Translations under genes and position numbers: made by a program
In this document: in pieces, positions 46,467 to 56,457 of the stretch
Layout: each line of letters begins with the position of its first letter
How positions within the stretch are numbered: the first letter of the stretch is position 1
Source of the DNA: a virus
Length of the DNA: 64,000 bases
Virus record (IMG/VR): IMGVR_UViG_3300002092_001594
Location: 32,001 to 96,000 of that record
Strand: one strand, 5' to 3'
Notes under the pieces: model-generated
Database searches by the model: none
What the model was told of the DNA's origin: nothing
Seen by the model: only the letters and a program-made list of their open reading frames with translations

Positions 46467-48230
46467 TTAACCGAATGTTACTCCAGTTGGTAAGATGTTA
46501 AAGTCTAATTGGATGTATTCAGCTGTTCTAGTTGGTTGTAAGTAAATAGCACCTACAAGTAAGTTTCTATCAATTACATCTGGTGTGTTATTAGTTTCAT
46601 CCATTACTACTCTGAATGCATACAAACCTTGTCTTTGTTGTACATATTCTAAGTAAGGATTAACTTGAGATGTAAATTTATTTCTAGTTACTGTTGTATT
46701 TTGTTCGAATACTAATGTTTGTGCAATTTGACCAATGTAACTCTTAAGTGCAATTAATAAACGTCTTACATTTACTCTATCTAAAGATGAAGCTTTAGCT
46801 TGTAATGTTTTTTGACCGTATACTACTGTACCTTGACCTGGGAATACTGCAATTGGATTAACTTTAGAACTATATAAAGTATTTCTCTGGTTAACTGTCA
46901 ATCTGATTTCAGGTTGAATTACTGTTGGTAAACCTCCTCTATTTAAACCAGCTGGTGCGAACCATTCTGCTGACACTTTATCATTGTACTCATATACCCC
47001 TGGAATTACAGTTGAAGCAGGTACGAAATTTAATCTACCAGTCTCAGTAGATCTTGTTTGTACCCATGGGTAATAAGTAGCTCCGTATGAATTATCGTAA
47101 GTTTGAGCTGCTTGAGTTACTGAATTAATTGTTTGATTATATCCAACTAAATCTACTACTGCAATTGCATCACCGCGATTTTGTACTGTTGATAATAAAG
47201 CACTAACTTGACTTGTTGCATTTTGAGTAGAGATGCCAGGTGCATAAATTGAATTATAAGCATATGCATCTTTATTAGCTAATAAGTTAATAGCTGTATC
47301 GTAATCACTAGCAAATACACCTTGAATATTTGTAGTAGGATCGCTTGCTACAGAAGGTATTGTAGGAATTTGTTCGAATAAATTTAATGGAGCAGTTCCA
47401 AAAGAACCGTATAAAGGACCAGTTGCGTTACCAAATGAACCGTTTGCAGATCCACTACCGTTTAAGGGAATAGAAGCTGTATATTGTGCTTGAGCTCTAC
47501 CTTGTGGATTTAAATAATTCGGTGTCGGTGTAAATACGTTAGAAATTCTAATGTAGTTAGACAAATTAGGATAGCTACCTGTAACTTGGAAGTAAGCTTG
47601 ACCGCTTTCGTCATATTTTACAGTTTGTGCTTGATCTCCAATTACGTAAGCAATATAATTATTTTGATTTGGATCTAAAGATAAGTTAGTCCAAGTTTCT
47701 AATACTGATTGATTTTGAGTATAGTCATTACCTTGTCTAATTAACAAAGTAAAATATCCAGAAGCGCTATCAGCTTGTGTAATTTGCCATCTAATATTAT
47801 TTGAAGAACCAGAAGGTAAAATTCCGTTTACTGCTCCTGTAGCACCTTGGTTATTATTCATTACATTACCTACTGATATTGTTTCGATTTCAAAAGATGC
47901 AGATCCTAGACTATTAACTACAGTAGAAGAAGTAGCAGCAGTATAAGAACCGCTTGTTACTCTTGTTACTAACAGAGAAGTACCTCCTTGTTGAAAGTAA
48001 TTATAAGCTGCTTGAGAAGTTAAATATTCTTGTGTATTGCCTCCAGAAATGAAAGTAGTACCGAACTTAGCTGAATACTCAGAATAAGAAGTTACTAACG
48101 TAGGAGTATCTTTTCTACCAACTACTGTAGGGCCGATTAATGCTGCTCCTACCGTGATAGGGCCTGTTGTTATTTGAGATTGATCGTTTTCTCTTAGGAA
48201 AACGCCTGGACTAATTAATGCTTCTGCCAT
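46467..48230 (-). CDS. contractile tail sheath protein
   Basis: SPGVFLREND, WFAPAGLNRG, YGQKTL, DRVNVRRLL, FEQN, PTRTAEYI. Confidence 0.96.
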   Translation of the reverse strand: MAEALISPGVFLRENDQSQITTGPITVGAALIGPTVVGRKDTPTLVTSYSEYSAKFGTTFISGGNTQEYLTSQAAYNYFQQGGTSLLVTRVTSGSYTAATSSTVVNSLGSASFEIETISVGNVMNNNQGATGAVNGILPSGSSNNIRWQITQADSASGYFTLLIRQGNDYTQNQSVLETWTNLSLDPNQNNYIAYVIGDQAQTVKYDESGQAYFQVTGSYPNLSNYIRISNVFTPTPNYLNPQGRAQAQYTASIPLNGSGSANGSFGNATGPLYGSFGTAPLNLFEQIPTIPSVASDPTTNIQGVFASDYDTAINLLANKDAYAYNSIYAPGISTQNATSQVSALLSTVQNRGDAIAVVDLVGYNQTINSVTQAAQTYDNSYGATYYPWVQTRSTETGRLNFVPASTVIPGVYEYNDKVSAEWFAPAGLNRGGLPTVIQPEIRLTVNQRNTLYSSKVNPIAVFPGQGTVVYGQKTLQAKASSLDRVNVRRLLIALKSYIGQIAQTLVFEQNTTVTRNKFTSQVNPYLEYVQQRQGLYAFRVVMDETNNTPDVIDRNLLVGAIYLQPTRTAEYIQLDFNILPTGVTFG

Positions 48231-48251
48231 TTTATGTGTTTATTTCTGATA

Positions 48252-48258
48252 ATAAATA
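48252..48258 (-). promoter_or_regulatory. putative late promoter (TATTTAT) for tail sheath
   Basis: Same motif precedes tube (46072-46079), chaperone (44841-44847) and tape measure (43764-43771). Confidence 0.7.
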
Positions 48259-48283
48259 GCTGGTAATGATGGCAAAACCTAAT

Positions 48284-48538
48284 TTATTGTATTAGGGTGA
48301 TAACGCCGGTCTCTACATCGATAGAACCGTTACCGTACTTGGTGCCAAACCCTGTTAATAAGGTTTTTTCCTTAAGGGCGTTTTGCTTGATGACAGTATT
48401 TAGATTTTCAATTTCAAAGTCTAAAAGGGTCTTTCTATAGGTTAAATCACCTAAAACGCTAATGCTTTCAAAGATTTCTTCTCTAAGACCTTGAAACTCT
48501 TTAAGTTCTTCTTGTGTTAACGTAACTTTTTCACTCAT
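48284..48538 (-). CDS. small coiled-coil phage protein
   Basis: LT.EEL...KYGNGSIDVETG motif. Confidence 0.7.
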   Translation of the reverse strand: MSEKVTLTQEELKEFQGLREEIFESISVLGDLTYRKTLLDFEIENLNTVIKQNALKEKTLLTGFGTKYGNGSIDVETGVITLIQ

Positions 48539-48543
48539 TTTAA

Positions 48544-48741
48544 TTACTTTTTAACTTTTTTAGCTAAAGTTTTAGCAACTTTTGCTTCCTTTTCTACTAC
48601 TGTTTCTACTTCCTTTACTACTTCTTTAACCTCTTCAACTTTACCTTCTACCTTTTCGATAACTTGAGAGATCTTAGTTTTGTTTAATTTGTAGGCAACA
48701 AATAATGCTACTGCTACAATGATAACGATTACTAATGTCAT
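48544..48741 (-). CDS. small membrane-anchored protein
   Basis: N-terminal TM plus V/E/K repeats; late motif at 48767-48774. Confidence 0.7.
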   Translation of the reverse strand: MTLVIVIIVAVALFVAYKLNKTKISQVIEKVEGKVEEVKEVVKEVETVVEKEAKVAKTLAKKVKK

Positions 48742-48794
48742 AATGTGTGCTTTTATTGTTATTTTATATAAATATATAGACTTTTATAAGAACC

Positions 48795-49334
48795 TTAGAT
48801 TTTAATACATTCAATATTCAAGCTTATTAAAGTACCGTTCTCTTTATCCATATGTGGAATATAAGCTTGTGAATAGTCATCAAAAGTACCGTGATCTACT
48901 TGTTTCCAGTCCCAGAGCTTTATATTACTGAAGCCATTAAGGCTTAATAAAAAGTCTAAAGAACTATAATCGTAAATTGTTTTATGGTAGATTGTCTTAT
49001 CTCCCATTTGCATTTTACCGTACAGAGGACCTAGGAATTTACTGATACTATGATCACTTGTATATAGTTTAACTATTTTTTTGAAGTCAGGAACTGATAA
49101 TCTTAATATGCCGCCAGGTTTTAAGACCCTACGCCATTCATTTAGGACTGTAACAGCTTCTTCTCTATCAAAATACTCAAATACATGCGAGGCATAAATT
49201 AAGCTTACTGTATTATCTTCAAACGGTATGTTTGTAATATCGTGAGAATGTAAATGAGGAAAATCTCCGCCGTCTATATGTGTCCATTCCGGACCAAAAT
49301 CTTTTTTTCCGCAACCTAAATGTAATTTTATCAT
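48795..49334 (-). CDS. SAM-dependent methyltransferase (type 11-like)
   Basis: LHLGCG, YASHVFEY, RRVLKPGG..RLSVPD. Confidence 0.88.
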   Translation of the reverse strand: MIKLHLGCGKKDFGPEWTHIDGGDFPHLHSHDITNIPFEDNTVSLIYASHVFEYFDREEAVTVLNEWRRVLKPGGILRLSVPDFKKIVKLYTSDHSISKFLGPLYGKMQMGDKTIYHKTIYDYSSLDFLLSLNGFSNIKLWDWKQVDHGTFDDYSQAYIPHMDKENGTLISLNIECIKI

Positions 49335-49900
49335 ACTAGTTTTTTTTTTATTTTAATTCCAATATTAGTTGCAATCATAAATCTCACATCTTGTGATTTA
49401 TTCTCCTGTGTTCTATGAAGGTACCAACCTGGCATAACAACTACATCGTTTTCTTTTACCGGTACTCTTTTCCAACTCCAACTTTCATCTTGAAAAGGTA
49501 CAAACTTGTAGGAGTCGTAGCTTGGATTTTTAACTTCTAATACTTCGGAATTTTCAGGTATTCTAATATAGGCACAAATAACAGCAACAACGTCCCCGTG
49601 GTTATGCTCTAATTTACTTTCACCGTAAGATGACGACCTTAACCAGGAATCTTCAATATAGTATTCATGATTGTTTGGTAGTCCCCATTTTTCGGTTATA
49701 ATTTTCTTGTAGAGAGGTTCAAGATAATCATAGTAACCTTTAAACATATCGACTTTGTGTGGTTTAAAATTTGCACCATATCTACCGTAAACATCATCGT
49801 ATTCTAAATGGTATTGATGACAAAATTCTTTTATTAAATCCCATTTAAAATCATACTCAAGCTTATAGATTTCGTTATCAAATAGTTTTACTTGTTCCAT
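49331..49900 (-). CDS. putative 2OG-Fe(II) oxygenase
   Basis: SW...EHNH...AYI...PGWYLH...R..IATN. Confidence 0.8.
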   Translation of the reverse strand: MEQVKLFDNEIYKLEYDFKWDLIKEFCHQYHLEYDDVYGRYGANFKPHKVDMFKGYYDYLEPLYKKIITEKWGLPNNHEYYIEDSWLRSSSYGESKLEHNHGDVVAVICAYIRIPENSEVLEVKNPSYDSYKFVPFQDESWSWKRVPVKENDVVVMPGWYLHRTQENKSQDVRFMIATNIGIKIKKKLV

Positions 49901-50570
49901 CTTTTAATTGATTAAGGTTATTACCTTTTACAAATCGCTGTGAGTAAAAGTTCTTAAAGTCTGAATGTAATACTGTTATATCTTGTGTTGTATAGACCTG
50001 CAGCCAAACTCTCCTTGGTTTATCAGATTTATTCTCTTCTGAGTAGTGTAGCGTTTCTCCATCCCAAACAATAATATCTCCTGCTTTTGAGTAAGCGGTT
50101 ACATACTCTCCTGTTTTTTTATTTAGTAACCTAACAGGACCATTTTCATCTGTAAAGTCATCTAATACCCAACAACAAGTTATGCTTCGGTACCAGCCTT
50201 CAGAAGCCATTTGTGGATTAGGTCCATATCCATTATCACTATGAGGATCAAAAGTGAAATTATCGTTAGGTAGTTTAACTACTATTTGATCGTTAAATAA
50301 ATAAATTTCATCAGTATCTAACAGTTCACTTGCTATGTCGTACATTAAATCAGAAGTGTAGAATTCAAACAGTTTATCGTACTCGGTACTAGCGACATCT
50401 AAGCCTGTCCAGTATTTCATAAGACCAAACGGACGAGGCTGTCCTATTAAATTTTCATTAATAGTCCTATTCCTATAATCTAAAGTAATCTCTCTTGCTG
50501 TATCTAAAAATTCAGGAGTTAATTTATTGCTAAAAGTAATATATCCATTTTCTTCAAATTCTATATTCAT
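49878..50570 (-). CDS. phytanoyl-CoA dioxygenase (PhyH)-like 2OG-Fe(II) oxygenase
   Basis: PHSD, WVLDD..ENG, AGD......LHYS..N.S..PRR. Confidence 0.88.
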   Translation of the reverse strand: MNIEFEENGYITFSNKLTPEFLDTAREITLDYRNRTINENLIGQPRPFGLMKYWTGLDVASTEYDKLFEFYTSDLMYDIASELLDTDEIYLFNDQIVVKLPNDNFTFDPHSDNGYGPNPQMASEGWYRSITCCWVLDDFTDENGPVRLLNKKTGEYVTAYSKAGDIIVWDGETLHYSEENKSDKPRRVWLQVYTTQDITVLHSDFKNFYSQRFVKGNNLNQLKDGTSKTI

Positions 50571-50572
50571 AC

Positions 50573-51145
50573 TTAACCTCTTTTAATTTTACATACCCAG
50601 GAAACATCAGCAAATGCTTCAAAGTTGTACGGTACTAATGAATTTCTAATTGAACATTCTTCTATATCTTCATCTTGAATTTCCAACCAATTCCATTTCT
50701 TATTATAAAACTCCTGTCCGAATATTGTAAAATTAGAGACGTAGTCGTGTGCCATTATAACATCTCCTTCTTTTAAGAATGCTGAAAAAGTGTTAAACTC
50801 TTTCGGTTTATCTCCACCATCGCATAGTAATAGGATTCTACCGTGGTTCTGTATTAAACTCTGTAAGTCGTACTCAAAAATATTAATATGGTTTATATCA
50901 ATACCTTTACTAATTAAGTTATTATGAGTACTATGAGGATCTTCGATATCAAACGACATCAGCTTATAGCTTAGACTGTGTTCAGCTTTAAAATCATATA
51001 AAAATTCAACAAAACCACCTACTGCAGTTCCAATCTCTACAATTAAATCAAAAGGCTCTTCTAATAGGAACTTCTCAAAGACACCCCAAGCATTAAATTG
51101 CTGCTGTGCTTTGTATTTGCCTTTATATGTAGAATACATGTCCAT
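50573..51145 (-). CDS. CmcI/class I methyltransferase-like protein
   Basis: IVEIGTAVGG, SFDI, LCDGG, AHD. Confidence 0.7.
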   Translation of the reverse strand: MDMYSTYKGKYKAQQQFNAWGVFEKFLLEEPFDLIVEIGTAVGGFVEFLYDFKAEHSLSYKLMSFDIEDPHSTHNNLISKGIDINHINIFEYDLQSLIQNHGRILLLCDGGDKPKEFNTFSAFLKEGDVIMAHDYVSNFTIFGQEFYNKKWNWLEIQDEDIEECSIRNSLVPYNFEAFADVSWVCKIKRG

Positions 51146-51150
51146 AAACT

Positions 51151-51180
51151 GTAATATAACCTTTTTAACAATATTATCAA
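51151..51180 (-). promoter_or_regulatory. Bacteroidota-type sigma70 promoter
   Basis: TTG-N19-TATATTAC. Confidence 0.55.
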
Positions 51181-51185
51181 ACTGT

Positions 51186-52229
51186 TTATATGAGTTTTTT
51201 AGTGTTTATGTTGATTTTAGTACTATTTTTAAAGCTATTATACTGTTCTAGGATAGTATCCCACTTCTCTTCTGAGATTACTGAGGACTGCTTTCTGTAT
51301 TCTTCGGCAAATAGACTCCATGTTGAGGTATTTGACTTTATTAAGAATTTACAAAAACTTAAAGCAAATAAATCAACCATATTACATATTGTAAGCTCTT
51401 TCTCATCAGTATCGATAATATCTCCAGATAGAGTAAGGAGTTCTTTAATCTTACCTATTATAGTTTCTTTAAGAATAATATTCTTACCGTATTTTTCGAC
51501 GTAATATGAAATTAAGTAAAAAGGTAAATCTGTGCTAATGTAGAACTTTTGATTTGGATTTATTTTTAAAAAATTATCAATAATATTAAAATAAACCTCA
51601 TCATTGATATAAGGATACCCTTCGTGATTGTATATATAAATTTTACTCCTAAAATCAAGGTAGGATTCTTTTATGTTAGACGATTCAATGTCTATTTTAT
51701 CTTTGTCGTATGCAACGCCAGAGCCTCTTCTAAGATGTATACCTATTGCATCCTTAGTAATATCTTTTAAATAGTCTTCTACTAAGTAGTTTTTTATTTT
51801 TATATGGGATAATGGACGTACTTTATTTTGATACTCAGTCTGTAGTGTGTTTAGAAAGGTAGAAGTGAGAAGTTCGTCCCTTTCATTAAATCCGCTAAAA
51901 TCAAAAGTGTAGGTCAAGTGGTTACAGTCTGCTAATTGCTTTGCAGCATACATATGATGGCAAAAGTCTTCTCGTACTTCCTTAATGTCAGGAATATTAA
52001 TAACTTTTTGATCTATGTTTTGTACTAAGGATGTGTGAGGTAGAAAAATAAAGTCATTGCTAACTTCAGGCCATTCTGTTCGATCCATCAATATACGATG
52101 ACCTTTTCCTAATGTTTCTCTTAAATAATATGCTATCTCCCAATTCACAACCCTATTACCGAAACTTGTATCTAAATTATGCCACACGAATCGTTTGTTA
52201 ATCCACATTAGCGATTTTTCAGAATCCAT
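51186..52229 (-). CDS. fucosyltransferase-like glycosyltransferase (GT-B; NodZ/GT11/GT23-like)
   Basis: FGNR, IGIHLRRG, FYISTD, DLFALSFC...STWS motifs. Confidence 0.75.
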   Translation of the reverse strand: MDSEKSLMWINKRFVWHNLDTSFGNRVVNWEIAYYLRETLGKGHRILMDRTEWPEVSNDFIFLPHTSLVQNIDQKVINIPDIKEVREDFCHHMYAAKQLADCNHLTYTFDFSGFNERDELLTSTFLNTLQTEYQNKVRPLSHIKIKNYLVEDYLKDITKDAIGIHLRRGSGVAYDKDKIDIESSNIKESYLDFRSKIYIYNHEGYPYINDEVYFNIIDNFLKINPNQKFYISTDLPFYLISYYVEKYGKNIILKETIIGKIKELLTLSGDIIDTDEKELTICNMVDLFALSFCKFLIKSNTSTWSLFAEEYRKQSSVISEEKWDTILEQYNSFKNSTKININTKKLI

Positions 52230-52384
52230 TAGCTTTGTGATGCCTTTAGTAACGTAATAAATTTGCTTATGATATTGTTTGATTGTGCCTTGTGCTTATC
52301 ACTTAAAGGCTTCATTACTCTTTCTAAAGTAATTGCTTGATCTACCTTTTTATATACTATCTTATTTAATGTAGTCTCTGACAT
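52229..52384 (-). CDS. small hypothetical protein (51 aa, missing from the ORF track)
   Basis: MSETTLNKIVYKKVDQ...FITLLKASQS*; fills the gap with a TAATG overlap onto the next gene. Confidence 0.65.
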   Translation of the reverse strand: MSETTLNKIVYKKVDQAITLERVMKPLSDKHKAQSNNIISKFITLLKASQS

Positions 52385-52391
52385 GTTATTA

Positions 52392-54242
52392 TTATTTATT
52401 GTGAACTAAAAGTCCGTTTGCAAAGAAGTTATGATTATCTGCTACCGTAAAGATATACATTGTAGTTGGATTTGTATGTAATAAGATGCTGCTAAATTCT
52501 GAAATTTCTACAATACTTGTTGCTTGTCCGGTTCTTGTATATAATGAATTACCTACTTCTAGTTTATTACCTTCTGTAGTTGAGCCGTCACGTGATGCTA
52601 ATGTAAGGTCTGCTTTATAGTATGGATGGTCTAAAGTTGAAGTAATTGATTTACTGTCTGCAGTATAGAGATTAATAATATTATCTTTAGTAGTTTGAAC
52701 AGGATTAGAAACTGCTTTAGGTTCAACTTCTCTAGTTGTTTCATTAAATGAAGCTACTACATCTCCTTCAACAATATCTTCAATGTTTTTAAAAGAACCA
52801 TCAGCCATTTCAATTTGAGTTCCTGCTGCAAAGCAATTATGAGCTATTGTAAAGAAAGTACTCATACTAAATCCGTGAATATTCTTAGTTGCTAATATAA
52901 AGTTATCTTCTTCCTCAAGGTTTAATGCATAAACAGTTTGAGGCTCTTCAAAAATTACTAATTCAATTGAATTTACAGTAACTAGAGTACCATTACTTGA
53001 AAGAATTGAGTCTCCGGTCTTAATATCTAAAACTCTTCGGTATTTTATAGTATTTGTTTCTTTATTATATACTAATAATCTCGTCTCACCTCCTATTACT
53101 ATCTCTTCACCATCTCCAAAATTTATAGAGGTCATTTCGTTAGTATAAGTTAAGCCGCTATAGATATCAACTAAAGTTGAAATAGTTTCATGTGATCCTT
53201 CTGGTAATACGTTACCGCTTATTAACCAGTCTCTAATAATAGCCTCGTCATCTGTGTTTGGAGCACTTTCTATAGAGTAAGACTTAAATTTATCGCCTAT
53301 CTTTACGTCTTTAATTTGAATAGTGTTACCTTCTTCGTCTAAAATTTCAGTATCTCCAATAAACCCATGTCTAATATTTTTAACATGGTTTGTTGCAAAC
53401 TCATAATAATGTTTATTAGATACTTTATTAACTAATGATTTATCGTCGAATCCAACTTCAGTCGGCAAATCAAGAACGGCTAAAATTTCATAGTCAGCAA
53501 CAGTACATAAATCTAGATTAGGTCCGTATACGATTTGAAATGAACGAACTGAACTAACCTTATTATTATTACTTTCAACTGCAGCTGGTGAGTAGTGGTA
53601 TTGTTGTAATACTAAATTGTGATCATTTATTTCTTCTAAGAAAGAATTAAGTCTATTCTGTATTGGTAGTTCGGATTGGCCTATTTTATAAAAGCCGTGT
53701 GATTTATGTTCTTCAATTGTTGACTTTACAATAACATCCGGAATATTACCTTGATTTAATAAGTCAATATCAAGTGTATTGTAGTCTCCATTCAAGTTAG
53801 ATGAATGGTAAAAATTAACAGTAGATTGAGAATCGCCTGCATCAGCAAATAACTTTAATAAGTTTAATGTGCCTTTAGCGTATTCAGAATCCAATATTGA
53901 TGTCTCATCGTACGCCATTCTTAAAACAAAGGTACTACCGTTATCGTCGATTGCTGGAGGAAAGATACTATCTTCAGGAGTCAAGATTGGATTTAGTGTA
54001 ATAGAAGGAGCGCTTTTCTCTAGGGATTCTCTTAGTGATTCAATAATAGGGTACTGAATACTATGCTTATACACCACGGTCAATTCCGTAATTGCATTAT
54101 TGTTTAATACGTTAAAAAATTCAGACCAATCGAATACAGATTTTTGAGATTCAATAATACCAGTATCAGTATTTATCTCAATTAAGCGCAAATCGTCGTT
54201 TTGGTCTCTAACAAAATCAGCCGAAAAAAAAGTTCCTTTCAT
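52392..54242 (-). CDS. circularly permuted ATP-grasp-like domain fused to two tandem Hint domains
   Basis: aa 1-292: ADF...LIEINT, PDVIVK, LVLQQY, VRSF; aa 293-469: GFIGDT...IAHN; aa 470-615: CFAAGT...TLDHP...HNFFANGLLVHN; terminal K. Confidence 0.75.
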   Translation of the reverse strand: MKGTFFSADFVRDQNDDLRLIEINTDTGIIESQKSVFDWSEFFNVLNNNAITELTVVYKHSIQYPIIESLRESLEKSAPSITLNPILTPEDSIFPPAIDDNGSTFVLRMAYDETSILDSEYAKGTLNLLKLFADAGDSQSTVNFYHSSNLNGDYNTLDIDLLNQGNIPDVIVKSTIEEHKSHGFYKIGQSELPIQNRLNSFLEEINDHNLVLQQYHYSPAAVESNNNKVSSVRSFQIVYGPNLDLCTVADYEILAVLDLPTEVGFDDKSLVNKVSNKHYYEFATNHVKNIRHGFIGDTEILDEEGNTIQIKDVKIGDKFKSYSIESAPNTDDEAIIRDWLISGNVLPEGSHETISTLVDIYSGLTYTNEMTSINFGDGEEIVIGGETRLLVYNKETNTIKYRRVLDIKTGDSILSSNGTLVTVNSIELVIFEEPQTVYALNLEEEDNFILATKNIHGFSMSTFFTIAHNCFAAGTQIEMADGSFKNIEDIVEGDVVASFNETTREVEPKAVSNPVQTTKDNIINLYTADSKSITSTLDHPYYKADLTLASRDGSTTEGNKLEVGNSLYTRTGQATSIVEISEFSSILLHTNPTTMYIFTVADNHNFFANGLLVHNK

Positions 54243-54258
54243 AAAATTACCAGTTTTA

Positions 54259-54266
54259 TATAAATA
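54259..54266 (-). promoter_or_regulatory. putative late promoter (TATTTATA) for the ATP-grasp/Hint gene
   Basis: Motif 17 nt upstream of ATG at 54242. Confidence 0.65.
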
Positions 54267-54309
54267 TCTACTAAATTCAGATATTCAAGTCAATTATGTA
54301 TATATATGT

Positions 54310-55383
54310 CTATACGATCTTCTTTGTTATATCTACTACGTCGTGTAAATTGTGATATACCTGCGGCTCAATCCATATCTTCTTAGCTTCTTCAATAAAA
54401 TCACTGTATTCAGGATGTATTGGATCCCAGACTTTAACGAATTCGTATTGATTACAGTTAAATGTTCCCCAGTTATTAATTTTAATGAATAAAACAGATG
54501 CTTTTTTACCGAATATTCCTTTAATTAAGTCAGCAAACATCCTCATTTCTTTATAATTAGCTTGTTGAACTACAAATGACGTTCTTACCTCTTCTAAACT
54601 CGGAATTGTACTAATAAATTTAAGGTTTTTGATTAAATTATCCCAATTACCGTTTAATCTAGTTTTATTTTCATAGGTTTCTTTAGTTGCAGCGTCAATA
54701 CTGATCTCACAGGTCTTTACATACTTGTGAATATTCGGCATAGTGTTCCACATCTTCTCGTTCCACATAGATGCATTAGTATGCAAGTGAATACTCTTAA
54801 GTTTTGGGTATTCATCCTTGTTAAAGTTTTGTAAGAAAGCTCTGAATGTGTTAGAAACGAAGGGATCTCCAGATGCAGTGAAGTATAGTGTCTTAGCATC
54901 CTTTGAAAACAGTCTTTTCATCTCTGTCATAGTGTCTTCTATCTCTATTAAATTTTCTGGAGTAGCTTTATAGGTCTCTTTTCTACAAGAAGGACATTTA
55001 TAATTACAGCTCTTGTCGAAATTATGTTCTATTTTTTCAGGACCTACTTCCATATAAGGGTCTTGATTAATAAACTTCTCTTTAAACTTATTTGGTAGGT
55101 CGTCCTTGTGGTAAATTGGGCCTTTAGGATCTACTTCATTAAACTTCAATAGATATGATAGGTATGGACATTGAGTAGCATCACAATGTCTGTATGACCC
55201 ATCCATTACCGATCTTCTTGACTCTAAAGAATCTTCTGAGTTCCAAATCTCACTTAAAGGTTGGTTTTCAGGATTTCTTTTAATTAGCCACTCAGGAATA
55301 CAGAGGAAATATTGATTTTCTTCATGTATGTGTAGAAATCTAAAAGGTGCTGTACACACATAGTTTTTTAAATCAACTTTCAT
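54310..55383 (-). CDS. radical SAM protein with N-terminal SPASM/twitch-like Cys domain (paralogue 2)
   Basis: CNYKCPSC, SGDPF, HTNAS, SIDA; N-terminal C..PF...WNS...C....CP. Confidence 0.88.
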   Translation of the reverse strand: MKVDLKNYVCTAPFRFLHIHEENQYFLCIPEWLIKRNPENQPLSEIWNSEDSLESRRSVMDGSYRHCDATQCPYLSYLLKFNEVDPKGPIYHKDDLPNKFKEKFINQDPYMEVGPEKIEHNFDKSCNYKCPSCRKETYKATPENLIEIEDTMTEMKRLFSKDAKTLYFTASGDPFVSNTFRAFLQNFNKDEYPKLKSIHLHTNASMWNEKMWNTMPNIHKYVKTCEISIDAATKETYENKTRLNGNWDNLIKNLKFISTIPSLEEVRTSFVVQQANYKEMRMFADLIKGIFGKKASVLFIKINNWGTFNCNQYEFVKVWDPIHPEYSDFIEEAKKIWIEPQVYHNLHDVVDITKKIV

Positions 55384-56457
55384 TTATATAATCTCCTTTT
55401 TTATTTCAATAAATTCGTACATGTTATGAAACACTTGTGTATCTCTCCAAACTTTATTAAACTCTTTTTTAAAAAGATCGTGTTCAGGATGATTAACATC
55501 CCATACTTTCTTAAGTTTAAATTCTCCTTCGGTAAAAGTATCCCAGTTGTTTATCTTACCAAAAAACACATGAACTTTTTTGCCAAAGATTGATTTCATT
55601 AGCTTCAAAAATATTTCCATTTCACCATAATTACTATCTTGCACTACAAAAGAAGTCTTAATATACTTTAATACAGGTATCTTTGCTATGAAACGTAAGT
55701 TATCAATTAAGTTATCCCAATTACCTCCTAAACGTGTCTTATTTTCATAAGTGTCTCTGGTACCTGCATCTATACTTATCTCACAGCTCTTAACATACGG
55801 CCAAACATTTTTCATGCTATCCCACATCTTTTCGTTCCACATTGACGCATTAGTGTGTAAGTGTATGTTCTTTAACTTTGGATACTTCTTAGGGTCAAAC
55901 GTTCGTAAAAAATCTCTAAAGCCAACTGATACGAATGGATCACCACTTCCAGTAATAAACATTGTGGATAAATTCTTTGCGAACTTAGTTTCTATTTCTA
56001 AAAGGGTAGCTTTTACTCTTTCAATACCTTTTGAGTTTTCAACAATTAAGTCAACTCGACATGATGGACATTTATAATTACAAGTTCTATCAAATGCAAA
56101 TTGGATAACAGAAGGACCAACATTCATCTCTCCAGTTTCGATATTATAGTTATCGGTTATATAGCTTGGTGTATCCTTTCTTTCAACTATTGGATTTACA
56201 TTATTTAATTTCTTATCGTTTATTAATTCTGATAAAAAAGGACATTGCTTTTTATCACAATACTTGTAAGAGCCATCGTGAATTGATTTTCTTATTTCTT
56301 TAGCTTCCTCAGAATTCCAAACTTCATCTAATGGCTTTTTCATATCTGGAGATATGTTGTTGGGTAACCAGGTGGGACAACACATGAAGATAGCCTGATT
56401 GTGAATTTCAATATTTACAAACGGAGCTGTGCATATGTAATTTTTTAAATCTCTCAT
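55384..56457 (-). CDS. radical SAM protein with N-terminal SPASM/twitch-like Cys domain (paralogue 1)
   Basis: CNYKCPSC, GSGDPF, HTNAS, SIDAG; N-terminal C..PF...CC...WNS...C....CP. Confidence 0.9.
   Translation of the reverse strand: MRDLKNYICTAPFVNIEIHNQAIFMCCPTWLPNNISPDMKKPLDEVWNSEEAKEIRKSIHDGSYKYCDKKQCPFLSELINDKKLNNVNPIVERKDTPSYITDNYNIETGEMNVGPSVIQFAFDRTCNYKCPSCRVDLIVENSKGIERVKATLLEIETKFAKNLSTMFITGSGDPFVSVGFRDFLRTFDPKKYPKLKNIHLHTNASMWNEKMWDSMKNVWPYVKSCEISIDAGTRDTYENKTRLGGNWDNLIDNLRFIAKIPVLKYIKTSFVVQDSNYGEMEIFLKLMKSIFGKKVHVFFGKINNWDTFTEGEFKLKKVWDVNHPEHDLFKKEFNKVWRDTQVFHNMYEFIEIKKEII

Noticed and set aside
52392-52835. Canonical splicing intein
   Set aside because: The last Hint domain is followed only by Lys-stop, so there is no C-extein nucleophile, and there is no endonuclease domain
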